Shown in pieces: positions 12,419 to 24,310 of a stretch of 64,000 nt of DNA; position 1 is the stretch's first letter, and each line of letters starts with the position of its first letter. The notes beneath the pieces were generated by a model that saw only the letters and a program-made list of their open reading frames with translations, was not told the origin of the DNA and did no database searches. Source of the stretch: Octopus sinensis (taxonomy: Eukaryota); NCBI RefSeq assembly GCF_006345805.1, contig NC_043005.1:107322001-107386000 (forward strand). Reading direction: 5' to 3'. A program made the position numbers and the translations under genes.

Positions 12419-14214
12419 ATAATATATATATATTATATAATATATATATATATATATGTATGTATGTATATATATATATACATACATATATAAGTGTGTT
12501 GTGTGTGTACTCAATAGCGAAGACATAAACACAGACATGCATACATAATTTTGAGTTGCTTTTAGAGTTTTATTTGTTTTCATGTAGTTTCAACTTTTCG
12601 TTATTACTGGATATCTATGCTTTATTTGTTGTATTTCGCTCCTTATTTTTGTTATTGACTTCGTTGTATATGTGAGCCATGAGTAGTTGTGCCGTTCATG
12701 GTTTTGTGTGTTTGAAGTGTGAGGTTGTGTGTGTTAATTATCCTCCTCCCCTGCCGCCCCATCATCATCATCATGATCATCATCATCCTCATCATCATCA
12801 TTATCCTCATCCTCATCTTCTCGTCATCATTTGTGATGCAGTATATTGTTCAAGTGGATTTGTTTGTTAATATATAGTCTTTCTTTTTTTGTCAATGAGG
12901 AGCTGGTGCCATTTCGATGAAATAAGAATTCTTTAGATGACGTTATGAGTTTGATTGTTTTGGTTATTGTTGCAGTTATTGCAGTTATAGTTATTCTTAT
13001 AATTGTTGTTGTTGTTGTTTTTGCTGTTGTTTTTGTTGTTGCTAGTCAAACTGTTATTAACTGCAATTTTAATATTGCCTCTCTCGTTGGAATTTCGATA
13101 TTCATTTTCACGGATTATGATTCATTTAACATTAGTTTAAGAACTTCTGTTACTGCTACTATTACTGCTAGTCGAAAATATTAATTGGAGGAAGAAAAGA
13201 GTTAGAACGTCGAAAAATATATTTTCTGGCAATTTTGCGTTCCGCGTTCAAATCCCGCTGATATGAAACAATTTGTTCCATTTCCCCGCGTCTGATAAAT
13301 GCGTGAAGCAATCAATTCTCAGTTTCGATTAAATCAATTAACGTGACTAAATTAGAACCGATTTCAAATCAAAGTGTTTTAATCAAGATGATTAAATTAG
13401 AACCGGTTAATAATGATAACATCTTTGTCGATAAAATAAGTACCAGTTGAACATTGGCGGCTGCGTAAGTGACTTTTTCCTCCACCTAAATTTCAGGCCT
13501 CATACCTATAGCAGAAAAGGCTATTATTGTCGATGTTGTTGTTCTTGTAGTAGATATTGTTGTTAACTTGTGTTTCGAAAAATTGGATTGATTTCGAAAG
13601 TAATCAATCCAGTTTAAAAAAACTGGATTAATTACTTTTAAGGTCTCTTCATTGAGTCTGAAACTTCGGGCAAAATAAGCAATTCGCAAGATATGACCAG
13701 GGCCTAAAAACAGTTTTTGTTGCCCTTGATATTATATTTGATTTTAATCTGGTCAAGGAATTGTGTTTGTTCCTTTGAGATACGCGTCAGTGTTCCTACT
13801 TCTACCAGAATAACATGAATCGTGGTGTTACACAATCTTTCTAATGTAACATCACTTCTCGTGCTTCAAATTTTTTCAGTTGTCAATCTTTTTCACTACT
13901 TTTGCTGTTTCATTCAGGTCACCTGTGACTGCTATATCAATAATGAAATATTCGTGACACTATTCGACCACTAATATTTCTGGTTGTCTATATTCGATCA
14001 CTATGTATGCGCGTCCAGATCCTATAAAATTGTAGCGCTATTCTTCCCCATGACTGGCTCTACCAGTTCTTCTAATCCAGTCCATAGAGTTGACAGAAAC
14101 CTCAGTAGACGTACTGACTCACCTGTAGAGCTGGAATTTGTAATTACGTTGTGCCAGCATTCCACATGCATCAGATAAACATAAAAGTTACCTTCTCGAG
14201 TCATACCAACACAT

Positions 14215-14428
14215 GAGGGCAGGTTTCCCATTTTCCTGTCATATATGTACCCCACCTGGATGGGATGTCGCTCCGTCGGAGGATTACCCATTTTGCCAGT
14301 GGAGTGGACAGAAGCAACGAGAAATGGAGTGTTTTGCTCAAGAGCACAATGCCTCGACCGGTCCAAAAATCGAAACCACAATAATACGATCACGAGTCCA
14401 ATAACCTAAGCACTAAGCCACGCGCCTC
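14215..14428 (-). mobile_element. tRNA-derived SINE
   Basis: Reverse complement reads GAGGCGCGTGGCTTAGTGCTTAGG...GGTTTCGATT...GAGCAAAACACTCCATTTCTCGTTGCTTCTGTCCACTCCACTGG; related to 33008-33308 and 36160-36464. Confidence 0.7.
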
Positions 14429-14529
14429 TACATTGCACAGGCACTAGCAATGTGTGTCACACTTTTTCTATCTCTCCAACAAAACAGGAACTTATTTCTT
14501 TCAGCAGCCTTGTAGATAGACTCCTTTAT

Positions 14530-14930
14530 GTAGTTGGACAAAAGGACCTGATCCTTAGACACAGTAAAAAGATTATAAGTTTCTTTAGTTTTTTTCCTTC
14601 TACTGTTATGTCTATAATATAATTAGTCTGTACATTCTCAGTTTCCCATTCGTGTAGGACCCTTGACCTCCAATTCTCCACTCTCTCCTTCTCTACCCGT
14701 TCTTTCTTCGAAACTTCGGCTTCGAACATTTCTTTCTTGAAACGCCCATTGACTTCGAAACATATGGAAGCAAATCTTCGTTGCAGTTCACCAGATAAAA
14801 TTCCAGAGTTCCTCTTTATGCAGCAACGCGTTCTGATACAGTAATCATACTTCTGTGACCATTTTATTTCGAATGGTGGCATTTGAATTTATATAGCAAT
14901 TTCCGTGCACGTCAGTCCATTTCATCAACT
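14530..14930 (-). pseudogene. Highly degenerate R4/Dong-type LINE fragment
   Basis: Piecewise translation DEMD*RARKLLYKFKCHHSK ... ERVENWRSRVLHEW ... GKKLKKLII resembles EIDRKTRKIMTGSRMHHPK ... KRWQEKPLHG ... GLKAETEGFLI in the 20059-21963 ORF. Confidence 0.5.
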
Positions 14931-15540
14931 TCTAGCATTTAGTCAAGTATATCGACACTCTAGCAAACAACAATTATGTCTCTTACACTGATGGTAGACA
15001 CAATATTTCAGGAATTAACCTTAGTCTTGAAAGCTTTACACAGTCTAACAAAAGAGGTATTTTGTACTCGTTCCGTCATCTCTCTGGGTATTATGTGGTC
15101 TTAATCCAGTATGCTTAGGCACTTATAAAGTACTTCCACAATGTTTGTCAAGTAGAAATCAAGATTCACCAACTTGACCACCTTCGACTGGTGTTAAAAT
15201 ATATTTCTGTCTTTAACATGATACGTCTACAATAGGGACTCTTGCAAGACGTATACTACAGTATATATACATATATATACATATAATTAAGGGTATCTAT
15301 AAGTTACCAAGATATAGCAGTCAAAGCAAAATATATATGTGTATATATATATATATATATAGATAAGAAAGTTTGTTTGGTAAAGCACGTGGGTGAATAT
15401 ATAAGAAAATAGTAAAGTGTGAAAAAACGACAGAAGGCTTAAATGTTAAAAAATATATATATTTGTGTCAAAATGTCTGGAGAATATTGCAAAAATTTTT
15501 TTTCCTTTCCTTAAAATGACATAATTTTAAAAATTTTTAA

Positions 15541-15578
15541 AGAAATTACCGGTTTCGCGTGTAGCTTTTCAAATTTCT
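15541..15578 (-). ncRNA. Minimal type I hammerhead, U3-A8 core variant
   Basis: Minus strand: AGAAAT-TTGAAAA-GC-TACAC-GC-GAAAC-CG-GTA-ATTTCT. Perfect 6-bp stem I, palindromic ACCGGT stem III, GUA triplet; about 140 nt 3' of the PLE stop codon. Confidence 0.75.
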
Positions 15579-15715
15579 TGTGACGTTATGTTTATATTGC
15601 ATGGAATTATCGTTGTTTTTATTTCCAGGAGATTTCTAAATAAGGGGAGGTAGTGAGTGATTTTTTCCGGTGTAGGGGAGATAATCGCTTAAAATTTTTT
15701 TTTCCCTTTTCCTTG

Positions 15716-16498
15716 TTAATTTCTCTGTGTCAGTATGTTCGGATGGTTGTACTTTTCAATGAAGAATGTTTCCTTGTTCAGTCTCATTTGTGTTGATGAT
15801 CCGAAAGCACATTGGTAAAATGGGAAGATTAAAAATTGTGGCAGTAGTTGCTTTGCGCATTTCTCAATGTGCTCACTAAAAGGTATCATTCTATATTCTG
15901 GGAATGCAATCTGTTGTCGATGCAGTGTGCATCTGCGCCTGAGTGATAGTCCCGTGGAACCCACGTAGTCTTGGTGGCAGCCCGAGCATTTAATAACATA
16001 AATTATGTTTTCAGAGGCACAAGTAAAGTTAGATTTGATCTTAAATTTCTGTCCCTCTTTAAAGAAGAATTCTGATCCTTCCAATAGGTTAGGACATGTT
16101 GCACAGTTCGATCTACCACATTTTTTTACTTTTGCATCCGTAATTTTAGAAGACAATTTTGCCTTTGTGAGAATCTTTTTAAGTGATTTAGGCTGTTTGT
16201 AGCTTTTAATGATTTGGTGTATGTTTAGAATTTCCTTTAATTTTGGGTTTTTATGAAGTATTGGTAAATTCTGGGTGATGATGGTGAAGGCTTCTTTGTT
16301 TCTGTGGTTGTATGTAGATATGTAAGGTAGTATTTTCGGGGAAGGTGTGTTGTTGTGTTGAACTTTTCTTAAAGTTTCTATGTTGATTTCTGTTGCACGT
16401 CTGATCCCATCCTCTATGAGTTGAGCTGGGTAATGTCTGTCAATTAGGGTGTTTTTGAGTTCTTGCAGTCTAAAGTTCCTGGTATTTTGTTCTGACAC
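15716..16498 (-). CDS. PLE polyprotein C-terminal segment (thumb/linker and GIY-YIG endonuclease with Cys/His motif)
   Basis: ORF-track protein contains ENIIYVIKCSGCHQDYVGSTGLSLRRRCTLHRQQ and FSEHIEKC. It is one segment of a frameshifted ORF. Confidence 0.85.
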   Translation of the reverse strand: MSEQNTRNFRLQELKNTLIDRHYPAQLIEDGIRRATEINIETLRKVQHNNTPSPKILPYISTYNHRNKEAFTIITQNLPILHKNPKLKEILNIHQIIKSYKQPKSLKKILTKAKLSSKITDAKVKKCGRSNCATCPNLLEGSEFFFKEGQKFKIKSNFTCASENIIYVIKCSGCHQDYVGSTGLSLRRRCTLHRQQIAFPEYRMIPFSEHIEKCAKQLLPQFLIFPFYQCAFGSSTQMRLNKETFFIEKYNHPNILTQRN

Positions 16499-17909
16499 TA
16501 TTGTGCATATCCTTCTTGCAAGGTTGAAGGGGATGTTTGTTTTAGTGTGTCTTGGGTGGCATGAATTAAAAAGAAGGTATTGTTTGGCGTCTGTGGCTTT
16601 GTAAAAAAATGTCTGTTTCTATTTTAAGGTTAATTTTTTTAATTAGTATATCCAAGAACGGGAGCTCCTTTTGGTTGTATTCCATTGTGAACTGTATATT
16701 TGGGTTTATGCTGTTCAATAGGTTTTTAAATTTTAGGAGTTTATCTATGTTTTCATTCCAGAGAATGAAACAATCGTCTAGGAATCGTTTCCATTCTCTT
16801 TTATGTATTGAGAGAGGGAGTTTCCAAAGATTGATAGAGATTCCTGGTAAATGATTATTTCCATGTATCCCATTGTTAAGTTCGCAATGACTGGTGCTGC
16901 CCTTGTACCCATAGCAATTCCGGATTTTTGACGGTAAAATGTATTGTCAAACATGAAGTGGTTATTGTGTAGGATGAATTCAATTGATTTAGTAATGAAT
17001 TCCTTACTGATCCTTTTTGGTATTTCTTCCGGAAATTGGTCTAACCAGAATTGTATTGCCTCCAGTCCATAATTATGAGGTATACTGGTATACAAGTTGA
17101 CTACATCAAATGAAACCAGGATTGTTTCTTCCTTGGTTTTTTTTGGGAGGTGGTTTAACATATCTAAGTCATCTCTGATATGGCTATCGATATGTTTAAG
17201 GAAGGTTTCAAGAGGATGTCCATAAGTAGACTTAGTCTGTGTGTTTCACAGGTTGGGCCAGCTACAATGGGTCGTAGTTTTAGGTCCCCCGATTAGGTGT
17301 GTGTATGTATGTCTTTGGTGATTTTTTAATGGTTTCATTTATAATTTGACTTTTATGAATTTTTGGCAGACCATAGAAAAGGCTAGGTTTGCATTTAAAG
17401 TTTGTTAGGAAATCAATCTCTTTGGTTGTCAGTTCCTTTTCATGGGTTTTAATTAGTGAAGATAGAGTTTTCATTATTTTTTGTGGGGTGTAGTTGGTAA
17501 TTTTTTCATAATGTAGGTCTTCATCAAGCAAGGAAATTACAAGATTTCTGTAGTATGATGTATCCATTATTACAACTGCATTTCCCTTGTCCGCTTCCTT
17601 AATGGTTATATCTTCATCATTTTGGAGTTCTATCAGTTCTTTCCATTGTGTAGTGTTAAAATTTGGGTTAGCTTTCTGTTATGTATAGTATGGTAGGGGA
17701 AGTTCTCAATGTGGTTACAGAATTCGTCAAGATCTTTATTTCTTCCTCTGTGTGGGATGTGTTCACTTTTGTTCTTGACTAGTGATTCATCTTCAGTATT
17801 GAAACTGTTTGATGCTTCTGCTAGTCTCAATTTTCTGCAAAATTCTGTTATATTATCCTTGAGTTCATTTAGGTTTGCTCTGCGTGGAGTTGGTGTAAAT
17901 TTATTATTT

Positions 17910-17972
<63 letters not shown>

Positions 17973-17985
17973 ATATGCGTATAAA

Positions 17986-18070
17986 GTTAATCCAAACAAG
18001 AAAAACACAACAACGCGAGGACGTCGAACAAATATAATATTATTGGACGCTCAGGAAAGAAGGAAAGATA
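17986..18070 (-). repeat. Truncated copy of the HHR-bearing repeat seen at 50395-50665
   Basis: Reverse complement CTTTCCTGAGCGTCCAATAA...CGCGTTGTTGTGTTTTTC...TGTTTGGATTAACT matches 50575-50663. Embedded in (TA)n. Confidence 0.75.
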
Positions 18071-18072
18071 TG

Positions 18073-18135
<63 letters not shown>

Positions 18136-18521
18136 AATGTATGTATATATATAGAGCAAACTGAGTAACCACTTCAAAGTAGAAGATTAATATTACTACT
18201 AGTAACCCCCAGGCGGATTCTCTGCCAGCTGGTCTCCAGTGCAAGCTTTGCGACAATTATATACAATATCGCTAGCAGGGGATGGGAGCGAATCCCTACT
18301 TTCCTCCAGCATCTGACAGGAGTGCGGGACCGACCAGGTTCGAGCAATTTGGCTCAAATTAGCCGCGCCCGCCTGCGCAGTGGATTGATAGCTAAGATCC
18401 GCTTCTGCCAGCGATATTTTGTAAACAAAGTGACCACCGGTCAATCATTTGCAATAAGCAAAATAGCTAGTTATAAAATCTCAAGAAGAGATCGAGTAGT
18501 AACGTATATTGAACAGAAAAG

Positions 18522-18659
18522 CGGGTAGCCACATCAAAGTGGCAGATGAATATTACAACTCACTTAACCCCAGGTCTACGGTTCAAGTTCTGCACCCTTA
18601 ATATACAATATATCGTTATCAGTAATAACATTCATCTGCCGCTTTGATGTGGCTACTCG
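18522..18659. repeat. 30-bp inverted repeat with ~78-nt spacer
   Basis: CGGGTAGCCACATCAAAGTGGCAGATGAAT (18522-18551) versus ATTCATCTGCCGCTTTGATGTGGCTACTCG (18630-18659); 2 mismatches. Confidence 0.85.
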
Positions 18660-19000
18660 TTTTACGTAAAACGTCTATCTCTTCTACTTATTTTGCTTTT
18701 ATATATATATATATATATATATATAAAAGCAAAATAAATATATATGTACATACATACATATATATATATATACACACACACACACATACACACACGCACA
18801 CACACACATGTATATATATATATTATGTAGCGTGCGATGGGTAAATTGTTTTCGTTTTATATATTCAATTTCGTACATGCTTATTAATTACTTTTCCTTT
18901 TGTCGACTACACAGTGTAGTAGGGTCAGTTGGGCACCGTCTGTGAGAAAAACAACACCATAGTGCAGTTCACTCCAGCAGAAATAATAAAGATAATAATA

Positions 19001-19067
<67 letters not shown>

Positions 19068-19071
19068 CAAC

Positions 19072-19108
<37 letters not shown>

Positions 19109-19128
19109 TAATAATAATAATAATAATA

Positions 19129-22063
19129 GTACCACCACCCAAACAAACCATGTGGATAAATAACATCCAAAGCAAAATGTAAAAAAATTAGAAAAGACCT
19201 GTCGATTCTTAATGAAATCAGCAAACAATCAACGCTACTGAGCAACAAAAAGAGAACAAAAATACTCCGCAAATATAACATCACAGAGAAAGATTTGCCT
19301 GAAATAAAAGAAAAGCTGAAGCAAGATATCCTTGCCAAAGCATAAAGGATCCGCCGGTACAAGAAACGCCAACGCTTCTTTGAAGAAAACAAAAAGTTCA
19401 ACTCCAACCCCAAAAAGTTCTACCAAGAACTGGGCAAAAATGAAATAGAAGTCACTGCAGCAGCACCAACGGCAGAAGAATTGGAAGAATTCTGGAGAGA
19501 AATATGGTCGGCGAACGAACCACCAAAAAAAGGAGTATCAAAATAACAAACTCGGCATCTGAACAACTTTGGACCCCCATAACAACTGAAGAGGTCACCC
19601 AGGCACTGCAAAGACTAAGCAACTGGAAGGCACCTGGGCATGACAAGATCCCCAACTTCTGGTTGAAATATCTAACAGGAATGCACAAAAAGCTGGCTGA
19701 AAACTTTAACAACGTACTAGCAGAGCCAGAGACAATGCCTGAATGGCTCACGAAGGGGAAAAACCATCTTAATTCCCAAATCAAATGAAACAGAAAAACC
19801 AGAAAACTACAGACCAATAACCTGCCTCCCTACTATGTTCAAGGCATTTACTGCAGTGATATCACAAAGGCTGAACAAGCACCTGGACGAAAACAAACTG
19901 TTCCCAGAAGAGCAGAAAGGATGCCGCAAAGGCTCATATGGCTGTAAAGATCAACTAATGATTAATAAAGCCATAACTGAAGACAGCCACAGAAAGAAGA
20001 AAGGCCTCAGTATGGCCTGGATTGACTACAAAAAGGCGTTTGATAGCATCCCCCACACATGGATCCTCGAAACACTAGCCATTACAAAGTAGCACCAACA
20101 ATCATAAAATTCATAGAGCACTCTATAAATAAATGGCAAACAGTCCTACACCTCCAAACAAAAGAGGGACTCATGAAAACCAAAGACATCCCCATTAGAA
20201 GAGGAATATTCCAGGGAGACACGCTCTCTCCACTCCTTTTCTGCTTGGCACTGTCACCTCTATCTGATATGCTAAATAGAACTGGATGCGGATATAAATG
20301 TTACGGCAAAACGATCAGCCACCTTTTATATATGGATGACCTAAAACTATACGCTGCAAATGACAAACAGCTGGAAACACTATTAAAGACAGTTCATGGA
20401 TTTACCAAAGAAATAGATATGAAATTTGGATTAGAAAAATGCGCCAAAGTAACCATGAAAAGAGGAAAAATAGTTAAGAGTAACAATATCACACTAGATA
20501 AAACCAATGAAATAAAAGTATTAGACCAAAGCCAAACTTACAAATACTTTGGAATCCATGAACTAGATAAGACACAACACACACAAATGAAAGAGAAAAT
20601 AAAAAAAGAATATTATAGACGAGTTAGATCAATACTAAACACAGAGCTCAATGCTAAAAACAAGATAATAGGTATCAACACTTTAGCTGTCCCAGTTATT
20701 AGTTACAGCTACAATATCCTTAACTGGACACGAAATGAACTGACCGAAATAGATAGGAAAACAAGAAAAATAATGACAGGATCTAGGATGCATCACCCAA
20801 AATCTGACATAGAAAGACTATATATACAACGTATAGAAGGTGGTAGTGGCCTTATACAGCTGGAAAACTACTATAAAATAACCACCATAGGACTGCAAAA
20901 ATATCTACTTCAGAAGGAAGGAAAACTGATCCAGATAGCGGCAAAACACGAGCAAAACAAAAAACTGTTCTCAGTATTTAAGGAAGCTGACAAATACAAA
21001 CAAGAAATCATACCACCTAATAAACATGAAGAAGAAGAAGAAGAAGAAGAAGAAGAAGAAGAAGAAGAAGAAGAAGAAGAAGAAGAAGAAGAAGAAGAAG
21101 AAGAAGAAGAAGAAGAAGATGAAGAAACAACAAAAGCTATAAAACAAATGAAATCCAAACTAAAAATAGAACAGCAACGAACCATGATAAAACGATGGCA
21201 AGAAAAGCCCCTTCATGGTAAATACTGGACTAAACTAAACACAAAAGAAATAGACAAAGAAAAATCCCAGCAATGGTTGAGAAGCTCAGGACTTAAAGCA
21301 GAAACAGAGGGATTTTTAATTGCAGCACAAGACCAAAGCCTCCCCACCAGAAATTACCAAAAACATGTAATGAAAAGAAATATTACAAGTAACTGCAGAA
21401 TATGTGGAGATGGACAAGAAACAATAAATCATATTATCTCTAGCTGCCCAGTCCTGGCTAAGAAGGAATACATTCACAGACATGACAGAGTTGGAACCTA
21501 CATACATTGGAAGCTATGCCAACATTATGGAATAACAACAGAAAAAAGATGGTATAGGCACACACCAGAAAAGGTCACAGAAAACGAGAAAGCAACCATA
21601 CTCTGGGATATGCCGATACACACAGATAGAGAAATTAAAGCCAACAGACCAGATATAGTTGTCAGAGACCATGAAGAAAAAAAATGCTTTCTAATTGATG
21701 TATCAGTACCGGCAGATGACAACGTGTCTCTAAAAGAAATGGAGAAACTCTCAAAATACAAAGACCTGGAAATAGAGGTAACTAGAATGTGGAATCTGAA
21801 AACAGAAACAATTCCTATCATAGTAGGTGCATTAGGCATGATAAAAAAATATTCAGACAAATACATAACAAAAACACCAGGACTTACAAACACATATAAC
21901 ATACAGAAAATTGCACTACTAGGCACTGCACACATCCTACGCAGAACACTTTCCATACAATAACCATCAGAGCATCACAACAAATCACAGCACATACCCA
22001 AGGCACACAGAGCTGCGCTCGGTAGTGAAGTGAAAGCACGCTATAAAAATAAAAATAAAACTA

Positions 22064-22066
<3 letters not shown>
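19129..22066 (+). mobile_element. R4/Dong-clade non-LTR retrotransposon (RT + zinc knuckle + RLE endonuclease), 5'-truncated, in (TAA)n
   Basis: RT motifs NWKAPGHD, YRPITCLP, DYKKAFDSIPH, QGDTLSPLLF, YMDDLKLY; CRICG...ETINHIISSC knuckle; RHD, ANRPDIVV...LIDVSVP...KYKDL RLE nuclease. (AAT)n on both flanks. Stops and frameshifts in the 5' half. Confidence 0.95.
20059..21963 (+). CDS. Open C-terminal ~620 codons of the R4/Dong LINE ORF with a poly-Glu insertion
   Basis: 634-aa ORF in the track; its first ~10 codons come from an off-frame start. (GAA)30 at 21028-21117. Confidence 0.8.
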   Translation: MDPRNTSHYKVAPTIIKFIEHSINKWQTVLHLQTKEGLMKTKDIPIRRGIFQGDTLSPLLFCLALSPLSDMLNRTGCGYKCYGKTISHLLYMDDLKLYAANDKQLETLLKTVHGFTKEIDMKFGLEKCAKVTMKRGKIVKSNNITLDKTNEIKVLDQSQTYKYFGIHELDKTQHTQMKEKIKKEYYRRVRSILNTELNAKNKIIGINTLAVPVISYSYNILNWTRNELTEIDRKTRKIMTGSRMHHPKSDIERLYIQRIEGGSGLIQLENYYKITTIGLQKYLLQKEGKLIQIAAKHEQNKKLFSVFKEADKYKQEIIPPNKHEEEEEEEEEEEEEEEEEEEEEEEEEEEEEEDEETTKAIKQMKSKLKIEQQRTMIKRWQEKPLHGKYWTKLNTKEIDKEKSQQWLRSSGLKAETEGFLIAAQDQSLPTRNYQKHVMKRNITSNCRICGDGQETINHIISSCPVLAKKEYIHRHDRVGTYIHWKLCQHYGITTEKRWYRHTPEKVTENEKATILWDMPIHTDREIKANRPDIVVRDHEEKKCFLIDVSVPADDNVSLKEMEKLSKYKDLEIEVTRMWNLKTETIPIIVGALGMIKKYSDKYITKTPGLTNTYNIQKIALLGTAHILRRTLSIQ

Positions 22067-22103
<37 letters not shown>

Positions 22104-22224
22104 TAATAATAATAATATAATAATAATAATAATATAATATAATAATATATAATAATATAATAATAATAATAATAATATAATAATAATAATAATATAATAA
22201 TAATAATAATAACAACTGTCCTGA

Positions 22225-22612
22225 TATAAGATAAGGCAGTGGCTCCCATGACTTGATCTTAATTGATTGGAAGTGTTATCATGTATATGATTTGTATCGG
22301 TATAGAAAATGGCCTACCCGAAATATTCTGCTCATTACTATAGCTTGCTTGTCAGTTGTTTGACCATAACAAGTTGAGCATGTCTCTTAGTGGCTGACGA
22401 TAAAGTCATCTCTGATCACGAGCAAGAGTAATGGAGGAGGGTCTTAGACAACTGTTGCGTTGAATTCTTTGGGCTTTGAATTATTTACTTTGGGAAATAT
22501 GGGTGTTTTGTTGATCATTCTTAAATAAACCTTATTCAGGGACATTTTGTTTAGGATGGGTTACTCGACCTCAAGAAAATTCTAACTGGGCCTCACCTGC
22601 AAGGTTTATCTC
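22225..22612. repeat. Unclassified interspersed-repeat relic next to the LINE 3' (TAA)n tract
   Basis: Non-simple sequence ending GAAAATTCTAACTGGGCCTCACCTGCAAGG. I recall it as an octopus-type repeat but there is no second copy in this window. Confidence 0.3.
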
Positions 22613-22908
22613 GATGTAAGATTACCATGTCGGGCACATATGGTTGTGATGCATGTGCCTGGTATACCCTTATCAGACGGGTAGTCATGATGGGGTATAA
22701 TGAGCTCCGTATGTTTGTACTGTGTATCATTTGGAAGGCATGCGTTGCTCTGTCGCTCAATAATAGTAATATCTATGCATATACAAATCAATATTCAACC
22801 ACTAACAAATTTCACACAAATACAAACATCGAGCACTAGTTTTCTTAATGAGCAACCGGAAGGGAGACAAGAGCATGAACAAAATAACGCACTCCAAATC
22901 AAACACAT

Positions 22909-23320
22909 AGCGCAGGAGTGGCTGTGGGGTAAGTAGCTTGTTTACCAGCCGCATGGTTCCGGGTTCAGTCCCACTGCGTGGCATCTTGGGCAAGTGTCTT
23001 CTACTATAGCCCCGGGCCGACCAATGCCTTGTGAGTGGATTTGGTAGACGGAAACTGAAAGAAGCCTGTCGTATATATGTATATATATATATGTGTGTGT
23101 ATGTGTGTGTGTTTGTATTTGTCACCCTAGCATTGCTTGACAACCGATGCTGGTGTGTTTACTTCCCCGTTACTTAGCGGTTCGGCAAAAGAGACCGATA
23201 GAATAAGTACTGGGCTTACGAAGAATAAGTCCCGAGGTTGATTTGCTCGACTAAAGGCGGTGCTCCAGCATGGCCGCACTCAAATGACTGAAACAAGTAA
23301 AAGAGTAAAAGAGTAAAGAG
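22909..23320 (+). mobile_element. tRNA-derived CORE/OR2-like SINE, well preserved
   Basis: GCGCAGGAGTGGCTGTGGGGTAAG...GGGTTCAGTCCCACTGCGTGGCATCTTGGGCAAGTGTCTTC core-like motif, central (TA)/(TG) tract, (AAAAGAGT)n tail. Confidence 0.85.
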
Positions 23321-23834
23321 TATATGATAGTTTGATACACTAGTGAATTTTAAATGCTGAATGAAATGTATTTGACGTTATATATTAATACAGATTATCT
23401 TGAAACTATTCAGCGCGTTATTTAGCACTTTTTATCGTAAAGTTGCTTCATTTTTTTCTCATTGCACTACGAACCAATGTTAATAATAAGTGCATAGGTA
23501 GAGCGATTAAAATGAACTGAAATCACTAAAAATGAAGCTTAGTTCTGTGGTGCCCCCTCTCATACGATCATCTGAATGCAGATTTTCTTTCTGAAAACGC
23601 TTTCGACCTTCTTCCCACTAGTCACAGGGGTCCTGAAAACTAGCACTGGACACTGCATTTCCAATTTTGATTTAGGTAATAAGAAGAAAACAATAAAAGT
23701 ACCGAGTGTTCATATTTACAGAATCTAGACGTCTGTCCATTCATTGCGTTATTATGTCAGCTGTCAATCAGTATCGTGTTTGCTGGTCATCTGGTGATTC
23801 TGTCATCGATAACGACGAAAATATTAAAATATAA

Positions 23835-24096
23835 TGACGACAACGACAATGATGACGACGTCGATGCTGCTGATAATGATTGTCATCGTCATCATCATCA
23901 TTGTCGTCATCGTCGCCGTCGTCATCTTCATCATCCTTATCACCGTTGTCGTTTGTTGTCATCGTGGCGGTGGTGGGGGTCATCATCATCATCATCATCA
24001 TCATCACCATCATCATCACCATCATCATCATCTTAATCATCATCATTATCATCATAATCATCATCATCATCATCATCGTCATCATCATCGTCGTCG

Positions 24097-24128
<32 letters not shown>

Positions 24129-24147
24129 GTCATCATCATCGTCGTCG

Positions 24148-24179
<32 letters not shown>

Positions 24180-24310
24180 GTCATCATCATCGTCGTCGTC
24201 ATCATCATCATCATCATCGTCGTCGTCATCATCATAATCATCGTCATCATCATCGTCGTCGTCATCATCATCATCATCATCATCATTATCATCATCATCA
24301 TCATCATCTC
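23835..24310. repeat. (CAT)n/(CGT)n low-complexity tract
   Basis: Directly visible; explains the poly-H/I/S/M ORFs. Confidence 0.95.

Larger units (their letters stand above)
15490..17913 (-). mobile_element. Penelope-like element, 5'-truncated, with RT and GIY-YIG endonuclease split by frameshifts
   Basis: N-terminal KFTPTP...FCRKLRL and IKEADKGNAVVIMD; RT motifs PKIHK, LRPIVAG, LVSFDVVNLYTSIP, GIAMGTRAAP, RFLDDCF, LPFLD; endonuclease CGRSNCATC...NIIYVIKC...YVGST. The 5' end abuts (TA)n. Confidence 0.95.
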
